The position numbers and the translations under genes are program-made. Shown piece after piece: positions 55,694 through 64,000 of a DNA stretch of 64,000 bases (the stretch's first letter is position 1; every line of letters begins with the position of its first letter). This DNA comes from Gammaproteobacteria bacterium (GTDB lineage: Bacteria > Pseudomonadota > Gammaproteobacteria > Natronospirales > REEB76). The stretch spans positions 803 through 64,802 of the forward strand of contig DATIVR010000057.1 in the NCBI GenBank assembly GCA_035465695.1, read 5' to 3'. Under the pieces are notes generated by a model. The model did not search any database. It had not been told where the DNA came from and saw only the letters and a program-made list of their open reading frames with translations.

Positions 55694-57034
55694 ATGAACA
55701 TGACGTCACGTCACCTCGCGGTCTTATCGTTGGCGATGCTGTTGTCAGCCTGTGACAAGAGTCCGCAGAACTCTACACCCGCTTCAGCGCCGGCCGGCGC
55801 CACGCATGCCCCTGCGGCAGCCGTGACTGCGCCTGCACCGGTCAGCGCGCCCGCCGCCACCACCGCGCCGGCTGCTGCCAGTGACAATGGCCCCGAGGTC
55901 GCCGGTTCGGTGGCGGTGGCCCAAGGCAGCGTCGCTGATACGGCGAAAGACGGCACGGTACGGCAACTCAAGGACGGGGATGACGTCTATCCGGGCGATC
56001 TTTTCTTGGTGGGCCCCGACAGTTATCTGGACCTGGACTTGGAGGACTCCGGACGCATCCTGCTGCATCCCAATACCAGGTTCCAGATCGAGAGCTATCA
56101 TTTCGACCCGGCGGCCCACGATCCTAACGCTCCGACCGATGCGAATGGCCAGCCGCTCATCAAGCCCGAGCAACCGGAGAACGCGTTCTTCCGCCTGATC
56201 AAGGGTGGCCTGCGCGCGGTCGATGGATTGATCGGCCACAGCTCCCCCCAGAACTATGCGGTGGAGACCCCGGTGGCCACCATCGGTGTGCGCGGCACCG
56301 CCTTCGATGTGCGGTATTGCGGCGACGACTGTGGTGACGAGGCGGATGCCGCGGGCAAGCCGGAGAACGGGCTCTATACCTCGGTGACCGAGGGCACGGT
56401 GGATGTGAAGAACGATGACGGCGACGTCGTCACCCCCGCTGGCCATTCGGGGTTCGTACGGAGCCGCAAGCAGCGCATGCAGGCCCTGGCTACGCCGCCC
56501 AGGGTGCTACGCCATATGGGTCTGCCGGAGGCCCTGAAAGCGCGAGCCACGAGGAACCGCAGCCAGATCCAGGTGCGCCGCCAGCAACGCCTACAACGGA
56601 TGATCGAACGCCGTCGTCAGGCCTTGCAGAAGGCCCATGCCGCCGGCAGGCCCGCGGCGGCTACACCGCCAGGAAGGCGAGGCCAGCGCCGGGAAGAGAA
56701 GCGCGGCACCGCCCAACGCCCGGCCCACAAGGCCGCCCGCATGCAGCAGCGCGAGGAACGCCGACAGGAACGGAAGCAGAAGCGGCAGGCATTACCCGGC
56801 AAAGGAAAGGTCGGGCCGGCCGGGCAGGCGTCTACGCCGCCCGAACGACGGCAGCAGCGCCTTGAGGTACGTCAGCGCGCGCTGATGCAAGAGAATAAGG
56901 CCGCGCATTCGAAACCGGACACTGTGCCCCGCGCCGCGAAGGGGACGCAGAAACAAGGCGACGCCCGTTGCAAGGGCAGACTCCGCCGCGGCAAGAAGCA
57001 GGAAAGAGATAAGGACAAATGCGGAGGCGGCTGA
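55694..57034 (+). CDS. FecR-domain lipoprotein with long Arg/Lys/Gln-rich C-terminal tail
   Basis: Lipobox LAMLLSAC, an Ala/Pro linker and a FecR-like region (DGDDVYPGDLFLVGPDSYLDLDLEDSGRILLHPNTRFQI). By my count, about 50 of the last ~163 residues are Arg or Lys. Confidence 0.7.
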   Translation: MNMTSRHLAVLSLAMLLSACDKSPQNSTPASAPAGATHAPAAAVTAPAPVSAPAATTAPAAASDNGPEVAGSVAVAQGSVADTAKDGTVRQLKDGDDVYPGDLFLVGPDSYLDLDLEDSGRILLHPNTRFQIESYHFDPAAHDPNAPTDANGQPLIKPEQPENAFFRLIKGGLRAVDGLIGHSSPQNYAVETPVATIGVRGTAFDVRYCGDDCGDEADAAGKPENGLYTSVTEGTVDVKNDDGDVVTPAGHSGFVRSRKQRMQALATPPRVLRHMGLPEALKARATRNRSQIQVRRQQRLQRMIERRRQALQKAHAAGRPAAATPPGRRGQRREEKRGTAQRPAHKAARMQQREERRQERKQKRQALPGKGKVGPAGQASTPPERRQQRLEVRQRALMQENKAAHSKPDTVPRAAKGTQKQGDARCKGRLRRGKKQERDKDKCGGG

Positions 57035-57107
57035 CCGCCAGGCCCATCCGTATCGCTATCTGCGAAACCCCTTGGCCACGAGATCATTCACGAGCCGATG
57101 GCGGAAT

Positions 57108-57992
57108 TTAGTCGCGAGGCACTACCTTGAAACGGTCATGGCTCCAGAGGTACTGCTCCGGCACTTTTCGGATATGGTCTTCCAATAGCCTGTTCACCCG
57201 CACCAGATCCGCCACCGGGTCATCGCTGGGAAAGTCTTCCAGGGCTGGTAGCACCGTGACCTTGTAGCCCTGCATCCCAGGCAGGCGCTCACCGAAGAAT
57301 GGAACCACCGCCGCACCGCTCGTCTTCGCGAGCTTCGGCAGGCCCGGGTTCGTAGGAGCAGGGATGCCGAAGAACGGCACCTGGACGCTGTTCTTGCCCC
57401 GGTAACCCTGGTCGGTGGCGTACCAGATGGGCTTGCCGTCCTTGAGGCTGCGCAGCAGCATGCGCACGTCGTTGCGTTGGATGGCGTGCTCGAAGAGCTT
57501 CTCCCGGGCACGGCGCATCACATACTCGATCACAGGATTGCGGATCGGGCGATACAGCATGAAGAGATCGGTATGCAACCCGAGCATACGGCCGCAGATC
57601 TCGAGCGTCGTGAAATGCCCTGCCAGCAGGATCACGCCCTTGCCACGCGCCCGGGCGGCCTTCAGGTTCTCCAGCCCTTCGACGGGGCCCAGGCGATCCA
57701 TGCGTTCACGGCTCGCCCACCAGCACATGCCGAACTCGATGATGGCGGTGCCCATGGAGGTGAAATGTCTGCGTGCCAGTGTGTAACGGGCCCGCTCATC
57801 GAGCTCCGGGAAGCACAGCGCGAGGTTCTTGAGTGTGATGCGGCGACGGCGCGGCGCCACCTGCCAGAACAGCCAGCCCGTGGCGCGGCCCAACATGAGT
57901 TGCACCGGATAGGGCAGCAGGACACCGAGCCGGATGTAACCGATCAGCAGCCAGGCGGGCCAGTTACGCGGGTGGAAAAGCTCGGCCTTCAT
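57108..57992 (-). CDS. lpxL: Lipid A biosynthesis late acyltransferase (LpxL/LpxM/HtrB family)
   Basis: N-terminal TM. HX4D/E-type acyltransferase motif context (LLAGHFTTLE). About 294 aa, typical size. Confidence 0.88.
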   Translation of the reverse strand: MKAELFHPRNWPAWLLIGYIRLGVLLPYPVQLMLGRATGWLFWQVAPRRRRITLKNLALCFPELDERARYTLARRHFTSMGTAIIEFGMCWWASRERMDRLGPVEGLENLKAARARGKGVILLAGHFTTLEICGRMLGLHTDLFMLYRPIRNPVIEYVMRRAREKLFEHAIQRNDVRMLLRSLKDGKPIWYATDQGYRGKNSVQVPFFGIPAPTNPGLPKLAKTSGAAVVPFFGERLPGMQGYKVTVLPALEDFPSDDPVADLVRVNRLLEDHIRKVPEQYLWSHDRFKVVPRD

Positions 57993-58071
57993 GCAGGGCG
58001 CAGTATAAGATGCCGGACCACTCGCATGCTATGATGCCGGGCGGTTTTTCGAAGCGATTTCAGGGGCTTGC

Positions 58072-59490
58072 ATGCACGTGAGCGTTCCGCAATTCGACCG
58101 GGTCCGGGTCTTGGTAGCGGGTGACGTGATGCTGGACCGTTATTGGTTCGGTCCCACCCAGCGCATCTCCCCCGAGGCCCCGGTGCCGGTGGTGCATGTC
58201 CGTGATACCGAGGAGCGACCCGGCGGTGCGGGCAACGTCGCCGTCAACCTGGCCAGCCTCGGGGTGCATTGCACGGTGCTCGGCATCACCGGTGATGACG
58301 CCATTGCGGACAGCCTTGCCGCCGCCATGCAGAAGCGCGGCGTGCAGTGCAGGTTCAACCGCGTGCCTGCCGCCGCGACCATCACCAAGCTGCGGGTGCT
58401 GTCCCGACACCAGCAGCTCATCCGCCTGGATTTCGAGGAGAACTTCGGCAGTTTTCAGGGTGCGCCGCTCCTGCCGTTGTTCAAGCCGGAGCTCAAGGAC
58501 ACGGACGTGGTGATCCTCTCCGACTACGGCAAGGGCAGCCTGGCCTCGGTGCAGGAACTCATCACTGCGGCCCGTGCCGCCGGCAAGCGCGTGCTGGTGG
58601 ATCCCAAGGGGCGCGACTTCAGCAAATACAAGGGCGCGAGCCTCATCACACCGAATTTGGGCGAGCTGGAAGCCGTGGTGGGCGAATGCCCGGACGAGAA
58701 GACCATAGTCACCAAGGGCGAGAGACTCCGGGACGAACTGGGCCTCGAAGCCCTGCTGGTGACCCGCAGCGAACATGGCATGACCCTGCTCGAGCGCGGG
58801 CGAGCGCCCGTGCACCTGCCTACCCAGGCCTTGGAAGTCTCGGACGTGACCGGCGCCGGCGACACCGTGATCGCTACGCTGGCGGCAGGGCTCGGCGCCG
58901 GACTGGATTTCGCCTCGGCTGCAGCGCTCTCCAACCTGGCGGCGGGCCTGGTGGTGGCCAAGCTGGGTGCCGCCACTGTGACGCCGGCGGAACTGCGCTT
59001 GGCGGCCCATAGCCGTAGCGGCAGCGGTGCCATGGACGAGGCGGCGGTGTTGGACGCCGTGGCGCATGCCCGCAGCCAGGGCGAGCGGATCATCATGACC
59101 AACGGCGTGTTCGACATCCTGCATGCCGGCCACGTGAGTTATCTCGAGCAAGCCAAGCGGCTCGGGGATCGGCTCATCGTGGCGGTGAACGACGATGCCT
59201 CCGTGAAGCGCCTGAAAGGCGCGGCGCGGCCTGTGAACAACCTGGTCAACCGCATGACGGTGCTGGCCGCCCTCTCTTGCGTGGATTGGGTGGTGCCTTT
59301 TTCCGAAGACACCCCCGAGCGCCTCATCTGCAGGGTATTGCCGGACGTGCTGGTCAAGGGGGGCGACTACAAGGCCCAAGACGTGGCGGGGTACAAGTGC
59401 GTCACGGCCAACGGCGGGGAGGTTAGGATCCTGCCGTTCGTGGATGGCCTCTCGACGACCAAGACCATCGAAGCGCTGAAGAAGGCCTGA
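58072..59490 (+). CDS. hldE: Bifunctional D-beta-D-heptose 7-phosphate kinase / D-beta-D-heptose 1-phosphate adenylyltransferase
   Basis: Ribokinase-like N-terminal domain (DVTGAGDTV) plus a cytidylyltransferase C-terminal domain ([19 protein letters not shown]). Confidence 0.95.
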   Translation: MHVSVPQFDRVRVLVAGDVMLDRYWFGPTQRISPEAPVPVVHVRDTEERPGGAGNVAVNLASLGVHCTVLGITGDDAIADSLAAAMQKRGVQCRFNRVPAAATITKLRVLSRHQQLIRLDFEENFGSFQGAPLLPLFKPELKDTDVVILSDYGKGSLASVQELITAARAAGKRVLVDPKGRDFSKYKGASLITPNLGELEAVVGECPDEKTIVTKGERLRDELGLEALLVTRSEHGMTLLERGRAPVHLPTQALEVSDVTGAGDTVIATLAAGLGAGLDFASAAALSNLAAGLVVAKLGAATVTPAELRLAAHSRSGSGAMDEAAVLDAVAHARSQGERIIMTNGVFDILHAGHVSYLEQAKRLGDRLIVAVNDDASVKRLKGAARPVNNLVNRMTVLAALSCVDWVVPFSEDTPERLICRVLPDVLVKGGDYKAQDVAGYKCVTANGGEVRILPFVDGLSTTKTIEALKKA

Positions 59491-59497
59491 ACGCGCC

Positions 59498-60772
59498 GTG
59501 CGTTTCCTTTACACGCTGCTCCTGTTGTTGCTGCTGCCCTTCGCCTTCATCTGGTTCGCCTGGCGGGCTTACCGGCAGACCGGAAGTGCCGACAAGCTCG
59601 GGGAGCGTCTGGGCAGTTCGCCGTTCCTGCCGCAAGGCGTCGCCATCTGGGTACACGGTGCCTCGGTCGGGGAGATCCGCGCCGCGGCTCCGCTGGTGCA
59701 GACGCTGCACCGCAAGTATCCGGAACGGCCTATCTTGGTCACCACGTTCAGTGCCACCGGCCGCCGCCATGCGCGCCAGCTCTTCGGTGACAAGGTGGTG
59801 GTCCAACTCCTCCCTTACGACCTGCCGTTCTTCGTGAGCCGTTTCCTCGACACCACCAAGCCCGCGGTGGGGGTGATCATGGAGACCGAGATCTGGCCAA
59901 ACCTGTATGCCGGCTGCCAGAAGCGCAGCGTTCCTATCCTCCTCGTGAGCGCGCGCATGTCGGAGCGGGCTTTCGGCCGGTACTCGGACTGGAAGTTCCG
60001 CAGCCTGATCCGCGGCGCATTGCGACGCGTGCAGCACGTGGCGGCCCAGAGCGAGGCGGACGCGGCGCGCTTCCAGTCCCTGGGTGCCGACACGGCGCGG
60101 CTCTCGGTGATGGGTAATCTCAAGTTCGACGTGCAGGCGGGCGATGAGCTTCTGGCAGCCGGCCAGGCCCTGCGTCAGAAGCTGTTCGGGAACGCGGGCG
60201 TCCTGGTGGCGGGCAGCACCCGCGAAGGCGAAGAGTCGATACTCCTGGAGGCTTTCCGCAAGCTGCTGCAGTCGCGGCCGGATACGGTGCTGGTGCTGGC
60301 ACCGCGCCATCCCGAACGTGCCAATGCGGTGGCGGCGGCCATCAGCACCGCCGGTTTCAGCTTCAGGCGCCTCAGCGCCGGCGAGGCGTCTTGCAGGCCA
60401 GGCGAAATCCTGCTGGTGGATGTGCTGGGCCAGCTGATGAGGTTCTACGCCGCGGGCGACCTGGCGTTCGTAGGGGGCACCTTGGTGCCGCTGGGCGGTC
60501 ACAATCTCCTGGAGCCCGCGGCCGTAGCGCTACCGGTGCTGGCGGGGCCGCACCTGGAGAACGTGAAGGATGTGGCCGAGATGCTCAAGGATGCCGGCGT
60601 GCTCACCCCGGTGACGGATGCCGAATCATTGGCTGCGGCGGCGGCCTGGCTGCTGGGCAACGCCTCCACCCGCCGCAGTATCGGCGAGATGGCTCGCGGC
60701 AAAGTCATGCAGAACCGCGGCGCGTTGGAGAAGGCTGCGGAACTGGTGAGGACTCAACTGGTCCGACGCTGA
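59498..60772 (+). CDS. waaA: 3-deoxy-D-manno-octulosonic acid transferase
   Basis: GTG start, N-terminal anchor, WVHGASVGE motif and GT30 architecture. Confidence 0.93.
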   Translation: MRFLYTLLLLLLLPFAFIWFAWRAYRQTGSADKLGERLGSSPFLPQGVAIWVHGASVGEIRAAAPLVQTLHRKYPERPILVTTFSATGRRHARQLFGDKVVVQLLPYDLPFFVSRFLDTTKPAVGVIMETEIWPNLYAGCQKRSVPILLVSARMSERAFGRYSDWKFRSLIRGALRRVQHVAAQSEADAARFQSLGADTARLSVMGNLKFDVQAGDELLAAGQALRQKLFGNAGVLVAGSTREGEESILLEAFRKLLQSRPDTVLVLAPRHPERANAVAAAISTAGFSFRRLSAGEASCRPGEILLVDVLGQLMRFYAAGDLAFVGGTLVPLGGHNLLEPAAVALPVLAGPHLENVKDVAEMLKDAGVLTPVTDAESLAAAAAWLLGNASTRRSIGEMARGKVMQNRGALEKAAELVRTQLVRR

Positions 60773-60796
60773 GTCACCTGAGCATATGTACAAATG

Positions 60797-60822
60797 AAAA
60801 CCCCGGCTCGTGCCGGGGTTTT
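60797..60822. terminator. Bidirectional rho-independent terminator between waaA and tolC
   Basis: AAAACCCCGGC-TCGT-GCCGGGGTTTT. The perfect stem is flanked by an A-run and a T-run, so it can serve both convergent genes. Confidence 0.85.
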
Positions 60823-60838
60823 CATTTCACGTTGCCTG

Positions 60839-62395
60839 TTAGCGCTTGGGTGGAGTGTTGGCGGGCGCCGTGCCGGTGGCAGCCGCCGGGGGCATCGCTG
60901 TGCCTGCCGAGGGCATGCTGGTGGGGTTGGTGACCCCAGCAGGCGCAGCCACCGTGCTGGCGCCGGGCGCGCCCATGTCGACACTGCTGGCAGGCACGCT
61001 CATGTCAGCGGGAGCCGCGGGTACCTGCAACAGCGCGTTGACCTGCTTCACGTCGTCTTCGGTCAGGATACCGGCGGACTGTTTCAGGGTCAGCAGGTTC
61101 TCCAGATAGGTGTAACGGGCGTTGGAGAAGCTGGTCTCCGCCGTGAGCAGGTTCTGGCGGGCGGTGAGCACGTCGACGATGGTGCGGGTGCCCACTTCCA
61201 TGCCGGTCTGAGTGGCGTCCATCGAGGTCTGGTTGGACTTCACGGACTGACGCAGCGAGGTGACCTGGGAGATGCCGGTGAGCACCCCGAGGTACGCGGT
61301 ACGGGCCTGCTGCTCGGTCTGGCGGCTGACCAAGCTCAGGTTGGCTATAGCCGCACGGTATTGGGCCTGCGCCTGGGATACCTGCGCATTGACGCCGCCG
61401 CCGGAGAAGATCGGGAAGCTCGCGGTCAGCATCCACTGGCGCTGGCGGATGTCATAGGTGCTGAACGGATTGCCGGAGGAGTTGTCGCGACCGTAGGTGT
61501 AGCTGCCAGTGAGGGTCGGCAGTTCCTGGGCACGCTTGATGCCGATGCCGGCATCGGCCGCATCCGCTCCGGACTGTGCCGCCAGCACGTTGGGATTCTG
61601 CTTCAGGGCCTGGGTCACCCACTGCTGGGCGCTGTCCGGGTTCGGCGTACGCAGCGGCATGTCCACGCTGGGCTCCATGAGCTGGCCGACGGGCTGGCCG
61701 ATGATGGTGCGCAGCTGCTCCTCGGTGGTGATGACCTGCTGCTGGGCGGCGATCAGATTGGCCACGGACTGGTCATAGGCGGCCTGGGCGTTCTCCACGT
61801 CGGTGATGGCGCTCATGCCCACTTGGTACTTCTCGCGGGCCTGCTCCAGCTGCTTGCTGTTGGCGTCCGTGGCGGCCCGGTCCGCCTTGAGGGTGTCGCG
61901 GGCATTTAGCACGTTGAAGTAAGCAGTGGCGGTGCGCTGTATCAGGTCTTCCTGGGCGGCCGTGAACTGGGCGTCGGCCTGGGCGGCCTGGGCGTCCGCC
62001 TGGTCCATGGCTTTCCAGGAGGCCCAGTTGAAGATCGCCTGGGTCAGTTTCACTCCATACTGCGTGTCATGGCCGGGGATGGTCGCGTATTGGTTGACGA
62101 AGACCGGCGGGGAGGTGGGCGTCGCGCCGGGCTCCGCGGTCAGCTGGGTGCCATAGGCGGTGCTGCCGCTGCGTTGGCCGTTCAGGCTGATGTTGGGCAG
62201 GTAGCCCGCACGGGCGATGGCCTTGTTTTCGGTGGTGGCCTCGTAGTTGGCCTGGGCCTGCTGGAAGGTGGGGTCGTTCTTGACCGCCAGCTGGTAGATG
62301 TCCCACAGGTCCGCCGCTTGGGCGGCTGGGGTCGCGGCGGCGGCCAGGAAGGCGCCGATGGTCAGGGCGAGGGTCGTCTTACGCATAGCTCCCAT
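60839..62395 (-). CDS. tolC: Outer membrane channel protein TolC (with Pro/Ala-rich C-terminal extension)
   Basis: Signal peptide ...AAATPAAQA|ADL, N-terminus DLWDIYQLAVKNDPTFQ, two OEP repeats and tolC-rhodanese-pcm synteny. The second ATG at 62386 has the better SD (GGGAG). Confidence 0.93.
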   Translation of the reverse strand: MGAMRKTTLALTIGAFLAAAATPAAQAADLWDIYQLAVKNDPTFQQAQANYEATTENKAIARAGYLPNISLNGQRSGSTAYGTQLTAEPGATPTSPPVFVNQYATIPGHDTQYGVKLTQAIFNWASWKAMDQADAQAAQADAQFTAAQEDLIQRTATAYFNVLNARDTLKADRAATDANSKQLEQAREKYQVGMSAITDVENAQAAYDQSVANLIAAQQQVITTEEQLRTIIGQPVGQLMEPSVDMPLRTPNPDSAQQWVTQALKQNPNVLAAQSGADAADAGIGIKRAQELPTLTGSYTYGRDNSSGNPFSTYDIRQRQWMLTASFPIFSGGGVNAQVSQAQAQYRAAIANLSLVSRQTEQQARTAYLGVLTGISQVTSLRQSVKSNQTSMDATQTGMEVGTRTIVDVLTARQNLLTAETSFSNARYTYLENLLTLKQSAGILTEDDVKQVNALLQVPAAPADMSVPASSVDMGAPGASTVAAPAGVTNPTSMPSAGTAMPPAAATGTAPANTPPKR

Positions 62396-62470
62396 CCGTC
62401 CGTAAGGTAACTGTTGTAGTCAAATATAACACTATATCTCTTGGCTGGCAAGGCACTTCCCGCCTTACCA

Positions 62471-62500
62471 AGCTCCCCGGCCGCTGGGCGCCGGGGAGCT
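62471..62500 (-). terminator. GC-rich hairpin downstream of the rhodanese gene (possible terminator or stabiliser)
   Basis: AGCTCCCCGGC / GCCGGGGAGCT 11-bp arms with an 8-nt loop. No clear U-tract on the minus-strand transcript. Confidence 0.35.
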
Positions 62501-62513
62501 GTCCTTAGATGGA

Positions 62514-62837
62514 TTAGTACCGCGCCAGGTTGGGCTCCAACTGGAGGGACCAGGCATCGATGCCACCCGCCAGATTCGCCACCTGGGTATAACCCCTGGA
62601 GGACAGGAACTGGGCCACCTGTTGGCTTCGGCCGCCGTGATGGCACATGACCACGTAGCGGGCGGCGGGATCCAGTTCTCCCAGGCGGCCCGGTACCTGC
62701 CCCATGGGGATGTGCCGGCTGCCTTCTACATGGACCTGCGCATACTCCCAGGGTTCCCGCACATCCAGCAGGATCGCGCCCTGTTCCGTGACGAGCGCAT
62801 GGGCGGCCGCGGGGTCGAGTTGGGGGATGCCAGTCAC
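62514..62837 (-). CDS. Single-domain rhodanese (sulfurtransferase)
   Basis: Active-site loop CHHGGRS. 107 aa. Confidence 0.9.
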   Translation of the reverse strand: MTGIPQLDPAAAHALVTEQGAILLDVREPWEYAQVHVEGSRHIPMGQVPGRLGELDPAARYVVMCHHGGRSQQVAQFLSSRGYTQVANLAGGIDAWSLQLEPNLARY

Positions 62838-62839
62838 GG

Positions 62840-63493
62840 TCAGAACTTGAAGCGGTTGGGTTCGGCAGCGTTCTTCAGGGCCGGCACATCGGTCTCGAAC
62901 AGGCTCACGCGGCTCCAGGCATCCTCGGCAGTGCGGGTGACCACCATGCCTTCCATCACCGGAGAGCGGCCGACGATCACGAACAGCCGGCCGCCCACGT
63001 TGAGGCGTTCCGCGTAGGCCTCCTGGAACACGGGCAGCGATCCGGTGACGACGATCACGTCATAACGCTGCTCCAGCCAGTCCAGGCGCGTACCGTCACG
63101 GGTCTCGAGCTTCACGTTCTTGAAGCCCAGTGCTTTCAAGGTCTTGCCGGCATCTTCGACGAAGTCGGGATGGATATCGACCGAGTGCACCTCACGGGCG
63201 CGCTTGGCCAGGCAGGCCGCGAAGTAGCCGGTGCCGGTGCCGATCTCCAGCACCGTATCCGTCAGCTTCACATCCAGCGCCTGCAACACGCGGCCTTCGA
63301 CGGTGGGGATCCACATGAATTCGCCGTGGGGCAGCGGGATCGGTGTGTCGGCATAAGCCACGCCGCGGTAAGCCTCCGGCACGAACTTGTCGCGGGGCAG
63401 GGCTTCGAAGACCGAGAGCACGTTGAGATCGAGCACGTGCCAGGCGCGGATCTGCTGCTGGACCATCTGGGTGCGGGCGTCTTGCGTATCCAT
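62840..63493 (-). CDS. Protein-L-isoaspartate O-methyltransferase-family protein
   Basis: SAM-binding VLEIGTGTGYFAA and the PCMT-like C-terminus. ATG 63493 is preferred over the 63559 extension. Confidence 0.85.
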   Translation of the reverse strand: MDTQDARTQMVQQQIRAWHVLDLNVLSVFEALPRDKFVPEAYRGVAYADTPIPLPHGEFMWIPTVEGRVLQALDVKLTDTVLEIGTGTGYFAACLAKRAREVHSVDIHPDFVEDAGKTLKALGFKNVKLETRDGTRLDWLEQRYDVIVVTGSLPVFQEAYAERLNVGGRLFVIVGRSPVMEGMVVTRTAEDAWSRVSLFETDVPALKNAAEPNRFKF

Positions 63494-63627
63494 CGGATTT
63501 TCCGGGGAAAATGGCAGGTTGTGGCCGCAAAGGTTAAGGGCTTGGGGTCGCCTTGGCAAGGAAAACTGTCATCTCCGGGCGTGACAGTTGTCAGTAACCC
63601 GGCGGGAAGCGGCCGTCCGGCGGGCGC

Positions 63628-63633
63628 TATAAT
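63628..63633 (+). promoter_or_regulatory. Candidate -10 hexamer (TATAAT) for the thiC leader
   Basis: Perfect TATAAT about 30 nt upstream of the riboswitch P1. The -35 is weak. Confidence 0.3.
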
Positions 63634-63659
63634 GTCCGCCGCATCGTCCAGAGAGATGC

Positions 63660-63783
63660 GAGGAAGCTGGGGGTGCCCTTTCGGGGGCTGAGAACACACC
63701 CTTGGAACCTGGCCGAGAACCGCCGGTCACCGGACAGTCATCCGGACACCTGGCGGACAGCACCGGCGAGGGAATGCTTCGGG
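63660..63783 (+). ncRNA. TPP (THI-box) riboswitch
   Basis: Conserved cores GGGGTGCC...GGGGCTGAGA...ACCCTTGGAACCTG...CGAGGGAA. P1 pairing GAAGC (63663-63667) with GCTTC (63776-63780). Sits directly upstream of thiC. Confidence 0.88.
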
Positions 63784-63836
63784 CACGTGCGTTGCGCCTA
63801 AGTGTTCCCCCGTCGCCACGACGAGGAGTCGAAGCA

Positions 63837-64000
63837 TGAGCGCCGTTCCCGAAGAGTTCGTCCGCCGCACCGAAGCCCTGGCCGAAGCGGCCACGCGTCC
63901 CTTCGCCAATTCCCGCAAGATATACGTGAGCGGCAGCCGTGCTGACCTGCGCGTGCCCATGCGCGAGATCGCGCTCAGCGATACCCCGGCGATGTTCGGC
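63837..64000 (+). CDS. thiC: Phosphomethylpyrimidine synthase, 5' fragment (runs off the window)
   Basis: ATG at 63837 preceded by SD GAGGAG. The translation [49 protein letters not shown] matches the ThiC N-terminus, and the gene is preceded by a TPP riboswitch. Confidence 0.88.

Noticed and set aside
58060-59379. 439-aa minus-strand ORF antisense to hldE, and a 371-aa plus-strand ORF (60794-61909) antisense to tolC.
   Set aside because: The sense genes are unambiguous (hldE and tolC motifs and synteny). The antisense translations are low-complexity.
60842-61024. Pro/Ala/Met-rich ~60-aa C-terminal extension of TolC (...VPAAPADMSVPASSVDMGAPG...TAMPPAAATGTAPANTPPKR), considered as a possible Met-rich metal-binding tail or tandem repeat.
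   Set aside because: It has only a few Met residues with no regular MxxM spacing, and no DNA-level tandem repeat. Disordered C-terminal tails are common in TolC homologues. Similar Ala/Pro tails in LptE and the FecR-protein linker look like ordinary low complexity.
63565-63593. Short inverted repeat CTGTCA-N10-TGACAG followed by TTGTCA in the pcm/thiC divergent region, considered as an operator or -35 element.
   Set aside because: The arms are only 6 bp. The TTGTCA is 34 nt from the TATAAT box, which is the wrong spacing for a promoter. The evidence is too weak to call.

Overview
High-GC (roughly 65%) gammaproteobacterial chromosomal window that is almost entirely coding and dominated by cell-envelope and housekeeping genes. 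All family calls come from motif and architecture recognition by eye; no database search was run.

Gene order:
- 1-11.5 kb: the 3' end of an O-antigen/polysaccharide cluster. It holds a giant multidomain glycosyltransferase, a GSCFA-GT2 fusion, an SDR, the wbpL-like and wbpM-like genes, manB and manC.
- 11.5-16.8 kb: the conserved miaB-phoH-ybeY-corC-lnt block, followed by a Wzy_C (O-antigen-ligase-family) gene translationally coupled to lnt.
- 18.6-31 kb: leuS-lptE, then a czcI-like/czcCBA-like heavy-metal RND operon sitting where holA normally follows lptE directly, then holA-nadD-rsfS-rlmH-maf.
- 31-43 kb: rng-yhdP, a small exported ORF, a nitrilase-family hydrolase, tldD, purK-purE and yjgA on the minus strand, and pmbA.
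- 43-45 kb: an isoaspartyl peptidase, a DUF1761 protein and a membrane-anchored NERD protein.
- 45-54 kb: an OMF-MFP-RND-dienelactone hydrolase operon on the minus strand, with a divergent OmpR/EnvZ-type two-component pair.
- 54-61 kb: an LPS core block of a GT9 heptosyltransferase, kdkA, a FecR-domain lipoprotein with a polycationic tail, lpxL, hldE and waaA.
- 61-64 kb: tolC, a rhodanese, a pcm-like gene, a TPP riboswitch and the start of thiC.

I found no CRISPR array, IS element, integrase, tRNA or rRNA. The many long antisense ORFs are high-GC shadow frames.

No classical new multi-gene system is evident. The features most worth follow-up are:
- the lnt-coupled Wzy_C protein with a lower-GC inserted periplasmic domain;
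- the FecR lipoprotein with an Arg/Lys-rich tail inside the LPS core cluster;
- the small exported protein wedged between yhdP and the nitrilase-family gene;
- the GSCFA-GT2 fusion;
- the czc insertion and its repeat/palindrome junction upstream of holA;
- a direct-repeat box in the efflux/two-component divergent promoter.
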